A program made the translations under genes and the position numbers. 64,000 nt of DNA from Octopus sinensis (taxonomy: Eukaryota), in contig NC_043000.1 of NCBI RefSeq assembly GCF_006345805.1, positions 131,688,001 through 131,752,000 on the forward strand. The letters are read 5' to 3'. Shown piece after piece: positions 1 to 11,631 of this stretch; positions within the stretch are counted from its first letter, which is position 1; each line of letters opens with the position of its first letter. Below the pieces are notes generated by a model. It did no database searches and was not told the origin of the DNA. It saw only the letters and a list, made by a program, of their open reading frames with translations.

Positions 1-499
1 TTTGTCTTTCTGCATATGTCTCGCCGACTCCAGAGGCGCTTTTCTACATACATACATACATACATACATACATACATACATACATACATACATACATACA
101 TACATACATACATACATACATACATACATGCATGCATGCATACATGCACAGTGATTACTCCATCTTCTCAGATGATTACCGTCTCTCTGCTTCCTCGTTG
201 TCAATGGCGTTTTTTACTTTCCATCCGTGACGTTTCAGTTGACTACTTAGTCCCACAGCAGATCAGCAAGTTTTGAAACATAGTTGATAGACAAACATTG
301 CAACATTGACTGATAGTGTCACTTCGTGGGAAATAACGTTTGTGTATTGTCGTCTGTCTTTTCAGACCTGAAATAGACTTGCAAACTTTTACCCATATTA
401 CACACATCGAATCACCTAGTCTAGGAGGAAGTAGGTGGCATACAGTTGGCCTTACATGTGTATGTGCATGTATGTATGATTTTTCTTTGAGTTTAATTT

Positions 500-800
500 A
501 AGTTCTCGAGACAGTTTAAACCGGTTGCTAACAAAGCAGCTAGGCTTCTTGAGTTAAGAGAGTTTCCGGTATTTTTAAATAGGTGGTTGAGTTGGTATGT
601 TGGTTGAATTGTCGATGCATACACCCAAGCGAGTGCATCTATTCACGTAAGAATTCTTTAAGTCACTTCATGTAGCCTATCGAGGGATCTTCTCTAGCCT
701 TTCTGTAGAACTGCCATAGGTCTTGGTTCAGTTCAAAAGTCCACTGGAATTTTTCTCAATAGTTCCGTGATCTGCGATAGCTGATTCCGGGTTCTTTCGT
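500..800 (-). mobile_element. Decayed N-terminal ORF remnant of an R4/Dong-like non-LTR element
   Basis: FQWTFELNQDLWQFYRKAREDPSIGYMK*LK resembles R4-clade N-termini (from memory). Confidence 0.4.
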
Positions 801-2098
801 CACCATGATGCATGTACTTTCCACATGGTTTATATTTCATTGTTTGGTTACTAAGGTCTTTAAAAAAAAAATGTTATTTCTTTGCATTTGCGTAAGGAAA
901 ATAACCATTTCCTTAATGGCAAAAATTATAGGTTATAGTACTCGTTATTTGGGATAATGAATAGTCTTTCGTGAAGGGCGCTTCAGAAGGCATTCGTCAT
1001 CCATTCTACAATTCTAGCAATGTGACGAGATCAACGTAGCTATGCTCTGCACAGGAGGTTGTGGATGTAGGCACTACCGCTATAAAGGATTTCAGTGTCT
1101 AGAACCTTGCCGTGCTAAAGAATGAACACCAATTTTGCGTGGGCTGTTTAGATAGAATACATTTGTCTTCTTGACGTATTTACTGTAAACAGTTTACGTC
1201 TCACTGGTATTTAGAAAATTTAGCACAACGCATCTGCTTAGACCGTCAGCTTGGTTTCGAGGTTGAGATCCTTCCTCACCCAAATACCAAATGCGAATTT
1301 ACAGAAGGCAATACTGATTTAGCAATTCTAATGTTTATTCCTTCGTTATTATGGACAATTCTCACGAGAGTATTCTTTCTTCAGGACAACAAATTATACA
1401 ATGTTATGCATATGTTACACAAAAAGATAAAGATAACATAAAAACTAGTTATCGTTATACATATCGATTTCTGGACAAAAGAGAACCAGAACGTTTAAGT
1501 TAATGGCAGAAGCAAATGGTCAAGGGAGGAATAAAAGTGAATTTCAGCTAGCATAATTTACCCGACTGTCAACGGGCGTCCTAGAACGAAGTGGTTGCGA
1601 AACCCATCGGTACCTTGGCTCTGGAGCGCTCTGACCACCCAGGAAGGTGCGGGTTGCAATGCAGACAGTAGCACAGAATGAAGCACCAGAGGAGTATCCA
1701 GGTGGCATGACCTGATGTAACCCGTCTCTTTGGAGTGTATGGAATCAAGAGCCGAAGTATTTGCATGAGAAAGGCCCCCTTCTCTGTTCAACTCTAGCAT
1801 GATTTTCTTACTATCTACTTACGCACACCCACACACACATGTGTACGTGCGTGTGCATATGTGTATGTATGTATGTATGTATGTATGTATGTATGTATGT
1901 ATGTATGTATGTGTGTGTGTATGTACGTACGTATGCATGTATGTATGTATGCACATATGAATATATGCATACACATGTATATAATAACTTTTAGGGCGTA
2001 AGAAGTGGTATAATGAATACAGTTGCATGGGTGTGTAACAAGAGAGATCAATGAACACAGGTCATAAAGTGCAGTTCGTGCGAGTTAAATTAGTTTTA

Positions 2099-3120
2099 TT
2101 TGGGTCATCCCATAAATAATGCGGTTTTTTATACTTCTTTTATTTTTCAAAATTAAGATAAACAAAGTTCTTTTTTAATCTAAAATATACTCTCCTATAT
2201 TTTCTACAATGCTCTTCCATCTATCTGGTAGACTTGCAAGGCCCCTCTTCCAAAATTCACTTGTCCGTGACGAAAAATGCTCTTCCAGTACTGTTCTGAA
2301 CTCGTCTACAGAGTTCATATTTTTTCCGTCCAAATGATTTTGAAGACTACGGAATAAATGATAATCAGATGGGACAATGTCCGGCGAATATGGTGGGTGG
2401 GGTATCGTTCCCCATTCAGACTGTTCCAGCCTTTGGGACGTCATCTTCGTTGTATGTGACCGAGCATTATCCTGTTGGAAGAACACCTATCGTCTTGAAA
2501 CCAAAGATGGTCGTTTTTCTTCCACGGCTGACTTAAGCTGCTCAAGCTGCTTGCAGTAGATCTCCTTTGTTATCGTTTGGTTTAAGTTTAAAAGTTTAAA
2601 TCAGACTAAGCTTTTCGTATCCCACTAAACAGATAACAACACCTTATGTAGGTGAAGACCTTTAGCCTGGGATGCCGGTGTTTCTCCTTTCGCTACCCAC
2701 TGTTTTCGGCGCTTGACATTTTTATAGAGAACCCATTTCTCATCACCAGTCACTATTCATTCCAAAAGCGGTTCATTCGTGATAAATGACAGCAAAGAAG
2801 AGCACACATTCACTCTCTGCGCGCAATTAGACACGGGAAGTTTGTGAGGAACCCATTGGCCCAATTTGCTGACTTTTCCGATGGCATGCACGTGTCGATG
2901 AATGGTTGAATTACTAAATCCGAGTTTCTCTGCTACTTCCTCAACAGTTACGATGTGATTTTGATCCACCAGGGTTCTTCAAAACTTGCACTAAGAATAA
3001 GTACAAAGTAAAATTACCACCTGCTTTTACAGCAAGTTGATACAGGTAGTTTAACCCGTCCCTCTCTCACTTTTAGTTCATGCAATTCAAAAAACCTCAT
3101 TATTTATGAAATGACCCAAC
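2099..3120 (-). mobile_element. Mariner (D34D) transposon, internally deleted and frameshifted
   Basis: TIRs ttgggtcatcccataaataatgcggtttttt / aaaaaacctcattatttatgaaatgacccaa; WVPHKL, QDNARSH and YSPDIVPSDY motifs. Confidence 0.93.
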
Positions 3121-3295
3121 ATGAGTACATAAATCTCAGTGAATGTGTGTAAGAGATCATGTTCCCTTTGTGTGTGACTCAGGGACCAGAACGAAATGGG
3201 TGGGATAGTATTTAACTTTTGTAAAACAAATAATGACAGAAAAATTGTATCAAATTGAAACTTGATCTCACTCCTCTGCCCACACTTTTACATAC

Positions 3296-3553
3296 CGAAG
3301 GCCCATATTGGTTTCATGAAAACTGACGAACGGAAAATAAATCTATGAAATAAAGGAGTTTGTCCAAATTTTGGTGTGAAATCAAACAGTTCCTCACAAA
3401 CATGAACAACTCGCCTCACATTCGCACTTCTTTCATTAACACACAGACCTTGAAAAGATTCTCTGATGTGAATATAATAATCTTGTCTCTTTCGACATCC
3501 CAACCACACAACCACTAACACATTAAGGAAACAATATTGTATCATATCACTAG
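3296..3553 (-). pseudogene. Unidentified gene 2, open exon SDMIQYCFLNVLVVVWLGCRKRQDYY...FHRFIFRSSVFMKPIWAF
   Basis: ttttaaacag acceptor, G|gtatgt donor; 258 nt with no stop, phase 1 to 1. Confidence 0.75.
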
Positions 3554-4194
3554 CTGTTTAAAATACGCAACTAAAACTATCGCCGCTACAAATTCTATTG
3601 AGCATCTTGATGTCAAACGAAACAAGCAAAACAACGAAAATATGTGTAATACGATCGAGGCTACTGAACTTAATTAGGACAGCCTGAAGACAGTTTGTCT
3701 GAAGAAGTCAAAACGGCGAAGAAAACTAACATAGCGGTTGGAGAACATCGGTGGTCAATAAAGTTATTGGAAGTCAATCCACAAGTAGTAGAGATCTTGC
3801 TGATTTTCGCCGTGAGGCTATCGGTCGTGTTTTGAGTGGATTTTCTTAAAGCTCCGACGCCTCAATTTTGCAGGAAACTATTATACTATGAAGAGCCTCT
3901 CCCATCTTCCAAAAGCGATAATCGTACTAGAATCAAACCTCTGACAAAGTAACTAGAATCTCAACTGGATATGGATGCAACAAGCAAATTTATCTAGTTG
4001 CTCTAATCATAAATTTTTTAACATTGATGGTCTCATATTTGTAGCAGAAAACTATGACTTATTTTGGACGATGTGAAAGCAGAATGTCATAGTACAAAGT
4101 GTCTCATCGAGTGGAAGCCATGGATTTTAAACTCACTGACCAAGTTACTGAAGTTTTTTTTTTACTTCAAAAACAGTATTGAGAAAATGGTTGC

Positions 4195-4442
4195 GATTTA
4201 TAAATGAATGTGATTTATAAATGGATGTGATTTATAAATGAATGTGATTTATAAATGGATGTGATTTATAAATGGATGTGATTTATAAATGGATGTGATT
4301 TATAAATGGATGTGATTTATAAATGAATGTGATTTATAAATGGATGTGATTTATAAATGAATGTGATTTATAAATGAATGTGATTTATAAATGGATGTGA
4401 TTTATAAATGGATGTGATTTATAAATGGATGTGATTTATAAA
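4195..4442. repeat. 17-bp minisatellite gatttataaatgRatgt, about 14.5 copies
   Basis: Read directly from the sequence. Confidence 0.97.
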
Positions 4443-4649
4443 ACTCTGAAATGAAGCTCCGGTAATGGGGTCCAAACAAGGTTTGCCTAAATTTTTTGAA
4501 TTATGTTTGAGCAGATTCATAGCTTAAGTCGTTACTAACATCTGCAGGACGATGATACTGAATCTAAACCGCAATTATCTTGCAAACATCAATTTCCTGA
4601 GGGACGTGAAAGGTTTTTCTGATTTCTGACCACAGTGTAGCATGGTTAC

Positions 4650-4862
4650 TTGTCCTTCGACATCTGTCACAGTGGGATAGCCCTTGTTCCAACACGTATC
4701 TAATAAACCTGTTCAATTAGAATCTGTTGACTGCATAAACCGTATCAAAATATTCAAATTCTGTAGAAACTAACAAATTAAGGAACTTCGAATATGAAGA
4801 GTATTCAACATCTTCCGTAGCAGCAGCAAGTTTCTTTCCAATATGTCTATTATATATTGCAT
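4650..4862 (-). pseudogene. Unidentified gene 2, exon AIYNRHIGKKLAAATEDVEYSSYSKFLNLLVSTEFEYFDTVYAVNRF*LNRFIRYVLEQGLSHCDRCRRT; in-frame TAA at 4717-4719
   Basis: tttttttgttgtag acceptor, A|gtaacc donor; 213 nt, phase 1 to 1; frame preserved across the stop. Confidence 0.72.
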
Positions 4863-5268
4863 CTACAACAAAAAAATAAATAATAAATTGTTTATGTATT
4901 TTTTTGTTTTAAAATGACGGAAACTGATTTAACATGGCAACTTGACGCACTATGAAATCTAACACCATTAAAAGTAAGCATTAATTGTTGCACTAATAAA
5001 TAAATATCTTTACAGTGAGGTCATTTTATTTTCATATCGCAAAGACGCTTAAGTTTAATTCAATCTAAAAAGAAAAAGTTAGGCTATGTTTATTGTGAAG
5101 GTGGCTTGAAAAGCGTAAGTCTCCACCTGAAAAATTAATCATTGCAATCGTTCACAAAGTCTTCGAACGGGATATTTCACCTAAATTATTGCCTAAAAGA
5201 GTAAGCCTTGTCCGAATTAAGGAGTTGTATCCTCTACCCTCTGTCTCGTACATCTATGCTAGTACATT

Positions 5269-5555
5269 GTGGAGGCACATGACCTAGTGGTTAGAGCAGC
5301 AGACTCGCGGTTGAGAGATCGTGGGTTCGAATTCAGACCGGGCGATGTGTATGTTTATGAGCAAAACACCTTAGCTACACGCGGCTCCAGCAGAAGGTAA
5401 TGGCGAACTTCTGCTGACTCTTTCGCCATAACTTTCTCTCACTCTTTCCTCCTGCATCGGCGTCTCATCCAGGTGGGGAACCTATACGCCAATGAAACCG
5501 GGAAACTGGCCCATTATGAGCCAGGCATGGCTTGAGAAGGAACAAACAAAACAAC
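5269..5555 (+). mobile_element. tRNA-derived SINE (family D), 13-bp TSD atgctagtacatt
   Basis: A/B-box head; TSD at 5256-5268 and 5556-5568; second copy at 48088-48382. Confidence 0.9.
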
Positions 5556-5829
5556 ATGCTAGTACATTAGGATATAAGAAACCCCTGGAGCCAATGTAAA
5601 TTAGTGCAACAAGAAAGAGGCGGTAATTGTATTTGTTTTCATCCGGCGAATAAAACCCGCGTTTACAAGACAGCGGTAGGACAAAATATAGTTTCGTTAG
5701 AGTGAAAATAATTGAGAGTAAATTAGAATCTAGCATACAAGGCAACAAAATTATACTCATAGACAATAACAATACATGAAGGCTAGTACAATAACTTCAC
5801 AAAGATGATAGTAAAAATAATAGTCTTAC

Positions 5830-5894
5830 CAATGCGACGGGTCGTAGCAGCTTTAATGTAGCGTACTTGCTGGTCAATTGAAACATGACTGATC
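5830..5894 (-). pseudogene. Unidentified gene 2, exon ISHVSIDQQVRYIKAATTRRI(D)
   Basis: AG acceptor, G|gtaaga donor; 65 nt, phase 2 to 1, matching both neighbours. Confidence 0.75.
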
Positions 5895-5921
5895 CTAATT
5901 GGCACGTAGGGAAAGCGATGG

Positions 5922-5923
<2 letters not shown>

Positions 5924-5952
<29 letters not shown>

Positions 5953-5973
5953 CTTCTTCTTCTTCTTCTTCTT

Positions 5974-6004
<31 letters not shown>

Positions 6005-6812
6005 GGTCTGTTGGTGCTTTGAGCGGCACATCGAGCAGTCAGTGATCGCTAATTATCTCCGTCTCTGACCAACCGGTATGCTTCTTCTCAGGTGATGTTC
6101 AATCTGCGTAGGTCTTCTTTCAAGGTACTACGCCATGTCTTCCTTGGCCGGCCCCTTTTTCTCTTACCTTCCAGCGGCATCCAGCCTATGGCTGTTTTGG
6201 CAAGTCTCTCCTCTTACAATCTTAGTATGTATCCAACCATTCTCAGTATGTGTCCGGCCATTCGTCGTTCGGTTACAATTGCATGCAAGAGTCTTATTCT
6301 TACTGCTTGGAGAATGGCTTCATTTGTCACACTGTCTCGATAAGTGATTCTTATGATCATTCTGGGGCACGACTGATGAAATACGTCGAGTTGGCGGACG
6401 ATTTTTGCTGTCATCTTCCAGGTCTCAGCCACATAGATCGCTACTGGCAGTATTCTTGTTTTGAACAGACGAATCTTCAGCTCTATACTTATGTTATTGC
6501 TACACCAAAGTGTTGGCAGTCTTCTAAATACTGCCGCTGCCTTGCTAATCCTGCAGCTTACATCTGTCTCTGCATCGCTGTTGCTTGTCACTTATGCTTC
6601 CCAGATATGTGAAACTTGTAAATCTTCAACTGGTTCTTGTCCAACTTTCACTGGTACACTTTCTGCTTCTTTCCCAACTTGCATTACCTTCGTGCTTTTG
6701 ACCGCTGATTCTCAACCCAATCTTTTCCACTTCCCTTTGCATTTTTATAGTCATTTCGTGTGATGTTGGGCGATTCTAAGCCAACGGGGCAATGTCATCG
6801 GCAATACAGAAA
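5924..6812 (-). mobile_element. RTE-clade LINE 3' fragment with (AAG)n tail
   Basis: xADD motif, TYLGS, LKIRLFKTRILPVAIYVAETWKM; (CTT)n at 5924-6003. Confidence 0.88.
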
Positions 6813-7103
6813 TACAAAAATTCAAAAGATGTTATTCCAGATAAAAGGAAGAAGAAGCAAAATGCAAGCCTAAGGAATATATTATTCACGGTATTTATCT
6901 GCCGAATCTTTTTTTAACAAACTGATGCGGAACAAACGCACTGCAGCAAAAGAAAAAACAAATTTAATGATATCTGCCACTGAAGTGCTTCGAGAAAAAC
7001 TTAGCTTATACCAAGTAAAATCACGATGATGAAATAATTGTGGTATTTAAATTTTGTGAGCTTGGACAAAACTTTTATGAGACCAGGCAATATCCGAGCT
7101 CAC

Positions 7104-7253
7104 CTTAGCATGGTGCTACGACTCCCCATAGACATAAATGAAATTGTATACACCTGAATATTTTTCAGCTGATTACATGAACTTACAAATTAATAATGAT
7201 TTAGTTCAAAAAGTTCAGTTATCGTTATTTTCACATCATTGTCATATATAAAA
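7104..7253 (-). pseudogene. Unidentified gene 2, exon FIYDNDVKITITELFELNHY*FVSSCNQLKNIQVYTISFMSMGSRSTML(R); in-frame TAA at 7190-7192
   Basis: Strong acceptor gctgttttttag and AG|gtgagc donor; 150 nt, phase 2 to 2. A weaker internal acceptor would give a stop-free 7104-7153 exon. Confidence 0.65.
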
Positions 7254-7904
7254 CTAAAAAACAGCAATAAACACGACAAAGCTGTGAAAGTCAATAGAGT
7301 ATCGTCTATAATTACATTTCAAAAATATGAACACCCCAGAGTGGTGTCTTTATTTTACAAAGGTCATGCTGTGATATAACAGACTGTTACCATTAAATTT
7401 TTTTCTTTGTCATTTGTGAAGACTATCACTCACAATCTTCTAAAGATTTATTTTAATTAACAAAATCATGATATTACATGTATTTTTTTTCTCGTCGTTC
7501 ATAAAAGATTTGAAAGATTATTGAAATGACAAACGATATTTTTTACATGATAAACATTCTTCGGGAAAACTATTTTTATTTCAATCACCACTGCAAGTTT
7601 CTTCCTCCACTTTCTCCTTTTGACGTTTCGCTCTTTTAAACTCCAATTTTCGTTTCGATTTGCTTCGTTTCTTTACTGAGTCGTTGAAAGACCTTCGCAC
7701 ACTGTCACACAAATCGTTAGCATACCAGGTAAAATGCATAGCGCCATTTCGTCCTTCTTCATATTCTAAGTTTAAATTCACCAATGTCGACTTTACCTTT
7801 CATCCTTTCAACGTTGATAAAATAAGTACCAGTTGAACATTGGGACTGATGTGATCGACTTATCCCTACCACTATAATTGCTGACCTTGTGCCAAAATTT
7901 GAAG

Positions 7905-8470
7905 TCATTATCATTATCATTATTGTTGAGTGAGAGAGCAGTGCATGTCATCAAAGCGACACTGGGGTAAAATATACGAAGCCCAGTATAACCATCATGA
8001 CTACCCGTTTGATAAGGGTACACCAGGCACATGCATCACAACTATATGTGCGCGACATGGTGATTTCATATCAAGATAAACAGCGCATGACCTTGCAGGC
8101 GAGGCCCAGTTAGAATTTTCTTCTGGTCGAGTAACCCATCCTGCTCAAAAGGTCCCTGAATAAGGATTGTTTAAGGATGTTGGACGAACCACCCATGTTT
8201 CCAAATGTGAATTATCCAAACCTCTAAGGATTCCTTTCAACATACGGCTATAATGCTCCCCCACTACTTCTGCTCGTGGTCAGAGATGCACATATCGTCA
8301 GCCACTAAGGGACATGGTCAGCTGGTTAAGGTCAAATAACTGACAAGCAAATCTGTGGTATTGAGCAGAATATTTGCTGTAGCCCATCTTTTATACCAAG
8401 ACAAAACAATGTACATGATAACAATTCCAATCAGTTATGATCAGAAGGCATGAGAGCCACCGTCTGGTAC
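7905..8470 (-). mobile_element. ~560-bp non-coding module bounded by (AAT/AAC)n, copy 1
   Basis: Clearly similar to 26456-26967. Confidence 0.8.
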
Positions 8471-8599
8471 TGCATCAGGGCAGTTATTATTGTTGTTGCT
8501 GTTCTTCTTGTTCTTGTTGTTCTTGTTGTTCTTGTTGTTGTTCTTGTTCTCGTTGTTGTTGTTGTTGTTATCATTATTATTTTATTTTCTCTTTGTCAC

Positions 8600-8869
8600 A
8601 GGTTTTGTTGGAGCTCCTGGAGTCTTGCATGTGTAACGGACTTGCTTACTACCTGCAGCCTACGGTACCATGCTATCCGTTCTTTTCAACTATCTAATAC
8701 TTTCCTGATTATTCTGGCTGTGCCAAGGAGGCATACCTTTTGGTAACAGTTCTACTGGCCACTCTATTTCAATTTTCTTTATATTCCTCTTGATGCATTT
8801 TGATACTGTTCCCAAGGACCCAACAATAATTGACACTATCTTCACCTTTTTCGTTTTCCATAGCCAGGC

Positions 8870-8870
<1 letters not shown>
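8600..8870 (-). mobile_element. R4/Dong-like LINE 3' end (restriction-like endonuclease region)
   Basis: LWKTKKVKIVSIIVGSLGTVSK motif, followed by an AAT/AAC tail. Confidence 0.75.
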
Positions 8871-8915
<45 letters not shown>

Positions 8916-9045
8916 TGTATGTATGTATGTATGTATGCATATTCCTCTATTTTCATAATATCGAGGTCTCGTTCTTTTGTAGTCATTTTATTATTATACC
9001 ATTCAATATTCCATTTTTCAACAAAGAAAAACGGTAACAGCAACA

Positions 9046-9467
9046 TCGTATTACCAGGAAATTGATTGTATGCATGAGAAATTGAAAAAGAAGCAACCCA
9101 GACTAGTGAATAGAGATGGCCTAATTTTGCTCCACAACAATGCTACACTCCTCAAGCTACAGTCCAAAAGTTGCAATGCCTGAATTATGAGATTTTGCAG
9201 CATCCTCCCTATTCCCCTGATATCTATCCTACTGATCATCACTTATTTAAGAATTTAGAGCTTTTCATAAGCAATAAATCATTCTTAAATAGAGAAGAGG
9301 TAATTGAAGCTTTCGAGCAGTTTATCACAGCAAAAGATGAGAAACGTTGGGTAAACGTCATACATAAAGTTGGATCATATTTTGATTAAATAAATCAGTT
9401 CTCTAACACTTCTGAAGCATTTTATTGTTACCTTTCAAATACGACATTTCATGTAAAACAAACTAAT
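9046..9467 (+). mobile_element. Mariner 3' fragment
   Basis: HPPYSPDIYPTDHHLFKNL; terminus-like sequence ending ..caaactaata. Confidence 0.85.
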
Positions 9468-9561
9468 ACATATATAGTTGAAATTTACAGAAACACAAAA
9501 GACGAAGACAGGTGTATAAACAACAAGCACGTGTATTAGTTTGACGCTCGGGAAGGTGAGA

Positions 9562-10220
9562 AAACATAGAGGGGACAAACAAGGGGATTAAGTCGATTAC
9601 ATCGACCCTAGTGCATAAGTGATACTTATTTAATCGATCCCAAAAGGACGAAAGGCAAAGTTGCCCTCGGCAGAATTTGAACTCAGAACGTAACGACAGA
9701 CGAAATGCCGCTAAGCAATTCGCACGGCGTGCTAACGATTCTTATTTCTTTATTGCCCACAAGGGGCTAAACACAGAGAGGACAAACAAGGACAGACAAA
9801 CGGATTAAGTTGATTAAGGCGGCGAGCTGGCAGAAACGTTAGCACGCCGGGCGAAATGCTTAGCGGTATTTCGTCTGCGTTACGTTCTGAGTTCAAATTC
9901 CGCCGAGGTCGACTTTGCCTTTCATCCTTTCGGGGTCGATAAATTAAGTACCAGTTACGCACGGGGGTCGATGTAATCGACTTAATACCTATGTCTGTCC
10001 TTGTTTGTCCCCTCTGTTTTTAGCCCCTTGTGGGTAATAAAGAAATAGGATTAAGTTGATTATATCGACTCCAGTGCGTAACTGGTACTTATTTTATCGA
10101 CCCCGAAAGGATGAAAGGCAAAGTCGACTTCAGCAGAACTTAAACTCAAAACGTAACGACAGACGAAGTGCCGCTAGGCAGTTCACACGGCGTGCTAACG
10201 ATTCTGCCAGCTCACCGCCC
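9562..10220. mobile_element. Nested SINE-A cluster: minus-strand dimer interrupted by a full plus-strand copy (9816-10047)
   Basis: 14-bp TSD ggattaagttgatt at 9802-9815 and 10048-10061; tRNA-like head; Nin-like core gcctttcatcctttcggggtcgat. Confidence 0.92.
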
Positions 10221-10326
10221 TCGGGTGATGTAATTTGAAACTTGTTAGGACATCGGTCAAATTTTCTGCTGTATTTTGTTAGTCATTTTTTCGTTTTTTT
10301 TTTTCTGAGCTCAAAGCCCCCTGGGG

Positions 10327-10740
10327 TACTCTTTACTCTTTACTCTTTTACTTGTTTCAGTCATTTGACTGCGCCATGCTGGAGCACCGCCATTAATCGG
10401 GCAACTCGACCCCGGGACTTATTCTTTTGTAAGCCCAGTACTTATTCTATCGGTCTCTTTTGCCGAACCGCTAAGTAACGGGGACATAAACACACCAGCA
10501 TCGGTTGTCAAGCAAAGCTAGGGGGACAAACACAGACACACAAACACACACACATACATTTATATATATACATATATATATACGACGGGCTTCTTTCAGT
10601 TTCCGTCTACCAAATCCACTCACAGGCTTTGGTCGGCTCGAGGCTATAGTAGAAGACACTTGCCCAAGGTGCCACGCAGTGGGACTGAACCCGGAACCAT
10701 GTGGCTGGTAAACAAGCTACTTACCACACAGCCACTCCTG
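10327..10740 (-). mobile_element. tRNA-derived SINE family B with central microsatellite
   Basis: Head ggagtggctgtgtggtaag, gtaaaagagta tail; many copies in this window. Confidence 0.9.
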
Positions 10741-11109
10741 TGCCTATTTATTTTCTTTTTCAGGGGTTGATAAAATAATCACTAGTCAAGTATTAGCATC
10801 GTTTTAATATTCCTGTGAAAGTATTCCAGACATGAATAGAATTATGATATAAAAATAAGATCGTATTATATTTCTGCTTTTGTGACAAATGATAGAAATC
10901 AATATTTATTTCGTGTTACATCATATTTTGAATACTAAACAGATGTATTTCTAATTAGATTTTTATCTATTCCTCAAATAACCCAAATAAACACTAATAA
11001 GAGAGTTTCTACTTCAATGTTTCACTGCATTTATTTTCTTTTTCTTTTTCTTTTTTTTCGCGACACACTTAAGAGCAAATAAATATATTTTAGCATACTT
11101 TGTACATAC

Positions 11110-11167
11110 GACAAATACATTAATAAATGATATATAAATATTTTAGCCGATAAATCAAGTACTTGTT
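11110..11167 (-). pseudogene. Candidate gene 2 exon (E)QVLDLSAKIFIYHLLMYL(S)
   Basis: GT-AG, phase 1 to 2, fits the chain; short and AT-rich, so chance is possible. Confidence 0.3.
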
Positions 11168-11432
11168 CTATATTCAATAAATAAACCATCTTAATCCTGA
11201 TTATATTTAAGGCGGTGCCGAAGAATTGTTACCGCAACGGCTACAATGCTTAACAGCTATTTTCCCCGGGTATTTACGTTCTGAGTTCAAATGACGCGTA
11301 AGTCAATTTTTCTTTTCATCCTTTCGGGGTCGATGAAATAAATATTAATTGAGCATTGTAATCGATATAATCGACTTTCATTCTCCTCAAAATTGCTGGC
11401 CTTGTGTCAAAGTTAGAAAAGTTTATAGGCAT

Positions 11433-11589
11433 AGGAGTGGCTGTGTGGTAATTAGCTTACTTACCAACTACATGGTCCCGGGTTCAGTCCTACTGCGTGG
11501 CACCTTGGGCAAGTCTCTTCTACTATATCCTCAGGCCGACCAAAACCTTGAGAGTGGATTTGGTAGACGGAAATTGAAAGAAGCCCGTC

Positions 11590-11631
<42 letters not shown>

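Noticed and set aside
1562-1711. GC-rich segment with AG/GT ends as a gene 2 exon
   Set aside because: Has a stop in the required phase, does not supply the needed phase change, and its composition looks transposon-like.
3600-3990. Possible piggyBac transposase relic
   Set aside because: Only vague resemblance, many stops, no TTAA or TIR.
7581-7784. 67-aa Lys/Arg-rich ORF
   Set aside because: Its start lies in a SINE remnant; no splice-phase fit and no recognisable motif.
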